Source of the DNA: Candidatus Hermodarchaeota archaeon
GTDB lineage: Archaea > Asgardarchaeota > Lokiarchaeia > Sigyniarchaeales > SOKP01
NCBI GenBank assembly: GCA_048885535.1
Contig: JBHLLO010000036.1
Span: forward strand, 1 to 17,000
Length of the DNA stretch: 17,000 bases
Direction of reading: 5' to 3'
In this document: positions 14,404-17,000 of the stretch, one piece after another
Numbering within the stretch: the first letter of the stretch is position 1
Layout of the letters: every line of letters begins with the position of its first letter
Notes under the pieces: model-generated
Told to the model about the DNA's origin: nothing
Databases searched by the model: none
What the model saw: only the letters and a program-made list of their open reading frames with translations
Program-made: the position numbers and the translations under genes

Positions 14404-14613
14404 ATGAATATTGAAGAACTTGAAGATCAAGTAGAAAAATTATTAGAAGAAAGAGATAAACTTGAAGAAATATGCGATACGCTCCCTGAATGTGAACAAG
14501 ATGATGGTTGTGAAACTTGCAAGACTTATAAAAAGATATCTGACCTCGATGACAAAATTGAAGAATTAGAAGAAAAAATCGAGGAATTAATGGGAGGAGA
14601 AGAAGAAGAATAA
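14404..14613 (+). CDS. Small acidic coiled-coil protein with a central four-Cys cluster
   Basis: 69 aa; GAAGGTG ribosome-binding site ahead of the ATG; heptad helices flank C-x5-C-x5-C-x2-C; ends in GGEEEE; T-rich tract after the stop. Confidence 0.8.
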   Translation: MNIEELEDQVEKLLEERDKLEEICDTLPECEQDDGCETCKTYKKISDLDDKIEELEEKIEELMGGEEEE

Positions 14614-14651
14614 GCAAATCTTTTTTCTGATAAATTTTAATTAATCTTCTT

Positions 14652-15545
14652 TTATTTTAATTTCTTTAATTCATTAATTGCTAAATCTATACCCTCAGAT
14701 AATGAAATTTTTGATTTGAACCCAAGTTTTTTTTCTGCCTTTATTGTTTTAGCATAAAAATTACTAACATCATAGGATCTTGGTTTTGTGAATTTTATAT
14801 TAGAATTACTCCCTGTTTTTTTGATAATTAATTCAGCTAAATTTCTTAAAGAGATCGGAATACCACTTGAAATGTTATAATTTTCAAATGATATATCACT
14901 TTTTGATACTTCTTGAATGCATGCATACACTCCTCGAACCGTGTCTTCAATATATGTAAAATCAAACAGCTCATCACCAGAGCCATTAATGACCAAATCC
15001 TCATCATTGAGAGCTTGAAGGATAAACTTTGGGATTACTCTATCTAATTGATCTTTAAGCCCTGTATATACATTTGAAAACCTTAGTACTCGTGTTTGTA
15101 ATCCATAATGAGTAGAATAAACCTTACACATATCCTCTCCAGTAACTTTTGAAATTCCATAGATATTGATGCAGTTTCGAGGAGAATCTTCAGTAACAGG
15201 CAAAATAACTGATTCTCCATAAACTTCTCTTGATGATCCAAAAATAACCCAAGGATTATTGACATTCTCTTGTCTAACAGCTTCAAGAACATTAATTGTG
15301 CCCCCAATGTTAGTTTGAATGCATTCTAGTGGATTATCTTGAGCTAACTTTACCCTACTTACTGCTGCTAAATGAATAACACCATCTAAATTTTTAACCT
15401 TTACCTTTAAGCGATTTAAATCTTTTACATCATCTTTTGGATTATCTCTTATATCATAAGATACTATATCGACGCTATTTCGTTCAAGCATACCTTTAAG
15501 ATGGGATCCTATAAATCCCTTACTTCCAGTTATCAATAGCTTCAT
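14652..15545 (-). CDS. NAD-dependent epimerase/dehydratase (extended SDR, UDP-glucose 4-epimerase-like)
   Basis: TGSKGFIG Rossmann motif, HLAA, SS..VYG, YGISK (YxxxK), LRFSNVY and DFTYIED. Confidence 0.92.
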   Translation of the reverse strand: MKLLITGSKGFIGSHLKGMLERNSVDIVSYDIRDNPKDDVKDLNRLKVKVKNLDGVIHLAAVSRVKLAQDNPLECIQTNIGGTINVLEAVRQENVNNPWVIFGSSREVYGESVILPVTEDSPRNCINIYGISKVTGEDMCKVYSTHYGLQTRVLRFSNVYTGLKDQLDRVIPKFILQALNDEDLVINGSGDELFDFTYIEDTVRGVYACIQEVSKSDISFENYNISSGIPISLRNLAELIIKKTGSNSNIKFTKPRSYDVSNFYAKTIKAEKKLGFKSKISLSEGIDLAINELKKLK

Positions 15546-15680
15546 ATATGAATCAAATGTAAAATATCATTTAATGTTTAAGAAAAGTAGTCTTGAAAAA
15601 AACTTAAAAAATTACATTATATTTTCCTCATTATATTTATTTTCTAACAAGAACCAAATTAAAAAAAAAGTGATTTTAAA

Positions 15681-16979
15681 ATGAGCGAAAAAAAAAAATT
15701 CGAAACTCAAGCTATTAATGATGAGATTTTAGAGAAATTAAGCTTAAAAAATCGCTATGCCTTCCTGAATAATAATCTAACTTCCATATTGTCCCCCAAA
15801 GAATTTAATTTCTTACGTGAAGTCCAACGTTTTTGTATGAAATTTGAGAAAAAGAATAATATCACTCATGGACCTGATGAAGATATCTATGAATGGGTTC
15901 CCGAATTCGGAGAAAAAGGTTATATTACACGACAACACACATTCGATGTGTGTGATGTGCATTATGATGAATGGGGGTTAGCTCCTGATTTTATGAGGAA
16001 TATTGCCATTGATATGTTCGACCCGCAATTTGCAATGGGTGGAGGTGCCACAGTTTTAGCTATAAATCCTGTGTATGAACATCATGAACATGTATCAGTA
16101 AGATTGGAAGCCCTAAAAGAATTGGTCACAGGGAAAACTCCAGGTGCTATTCTTATCACCGAACCTGAACGAGGTTCCGATGCTGTCCATCAACTGACCA
16201 CTTGTACTGAACAAGAGGATGGTAGTTTTCTCCTTAACGGAACTAAAATATATAATACTAATGCACCTAAGTCGAAATGGGTTGTATCCTATGCGGCAGC
16301 AGAGGCTAATAACGGTAATACTATGGCTCAATTCTTAATCAATACAAATTGGGACGGCTTTAAAGTTGAAAGAGTTAACATTCCATGGGTTCCTAAATTA
16401 TTCCTTGGTAAAGAAACATTCACAAACCTAAAAGTCCCCAAGGATTATATATTGGGCCCTGTGGGAAAAGGTCGTGAACATCTCTTTGAAGGACTTGTAC
16501 CTGAAAGAATCTCCATCGCAATCATGAGTATGAGTGAATGTTGGGGAGCTTTAGCTCATGCAGTTATTTATGCAAATCTTAGAAAGCAATTTGATCAAGA
16601 AATCCTGAAATTCCAGGGTGTAGGATTCTTACTGGCGGATATTTGGGCTCAAACCACCAATTTAACTATAGGTTTGCTTAAATTTTGCGAGGCATATGAT
16701 GAAAAATTTGAGAAATTTGGAGGAGAAATCCCAAAAAATATCTCCCAAGCAATGGTCGCATCAGCAAGTCAATTTAAATATCATGCTGCTAAATTATCTA
16801 GGAAAGTATGTTACGAGAGCGCTAACGTAATGGGTGGTGCAGGACTCTGTGATAATACTTTAATGCATGATTATTTGAATATCTCAAGAATACAAGAAAT
16901 AGTCGGAGGAAGTCGGCAAATTCAGATGTACATTATGTCCCTTTCGCTGAGGACGCTTTTCAAAATGTCTGTAGGCTAA
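15681..16979 (+). CDS. Acyl-CoA dehydrogenase family protein
   Basis: ITEPERGSDA, LNGTK.Y.TN, Y...RKQF...I..FQGV, GGAG and I..I.GGS..IQ motifs. Confidence 0.92.
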   Translation: MSEKKKFETQAINDEILEKLSLKNRYAFLNNNLTSILSPKEFNFLREVQRFCMKFEKKNNITHGPDEDIYEWVPEFGEKGYITRQHTFDVCDVHYDEWGLAPDFMRNIAIDMFDPQFAMGGGATVLAINPVYEHHEHVSVRLEALKELVTGKTPGAILITEPERGSDAVHQLTTCTEQEDGSFLLNGTKIYNTNAPKSKWVVSYAAAEANNGNTMAQFLINTNWDGFKVERVNIPWVPKLFLGKETFTNLKVPKDYILGPVGKGREHLFEGLVPERISIAIMSMSECWGALAHAVIYANLRKQFDQEILKFQGVGFLLADIWAQTTNLTIGLLKFCEAYDEKFEKFGGEIPKNISQAMVASASQFKYHAAKLSRKVCYESANVMGGAGLCDNTLMHDYLNISRIQEIVGGSRQIQMYIMSLSLRTLFKMSVG

Positions 16980-17000
16980 GTTTGGGTTAATTTATCTAAT

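Noticed and set aside
546-16331. Shadow ORFs in the track (546-791, 1190-1423, 2706-2921, 3300-3500, 3897-4142, 4961-5209, 6915-7136, 11796-12026, 12440-12874, 13090-13323, 13307-13522, 14363-14617, 15083-15307, 16113-16331)
   Set aside because: Each lies antisense or out of frame over a better-supported gene and shows no protein motif.
1-17000. CRISPR array, transposase/integrase, rRNA
   Set aside because: No regularly spaced direct repeats, no mobile-element protein motifs and no long GC-rich non-coding block were seen.

Overview
AT-rich prokaryotic window, most likely archaeal and plausibly Asgard/Lokiarchaeia-like. The lineage is an inference from composition, TATA-like promoters, GGTG-type ribosome-binding sites and the mix of a Wood-Ljungdahl cdhD with acyl-CoA dehydrogenase; it is not demonstrated. 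From left to right: the 3' end of cdhD with an 11-bp hairpin behind it, two small divergent membrane-protein genes (one a 34-aa ORF missing from the ORF track), a tautomerase, a tusA-dsrE sulfur/selenium-carrier pair divergent from a bacterial-type CysL-like LysR regulator with an inverted-repeat operator candidate, two unknown membrane proteins, an MrfA/Hrq1-type DEAH helicase with DUF1998, a processive GT2 glycosyltransferase, a DUF1847 Cys-rich protein, a 94-nt GC-enriched structured intergenic element, an SRPBCC protein, a WCPDC thioredoxin, a DUF4139-type protein, a 69-aa acidic four-Cys coiled-coil protein, an NAD-dependent epimerase and an acyl-CoA dehydrogenase. I saw no CRISPR array, transposase, rRNA or canonical tRNA. 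The best leads are the LysR-DsrE-TusA module, the candidate ncRNA at 10926-11019, the thioredoxin/DUF4139/mini-protein trio and the unannotated microprotein.
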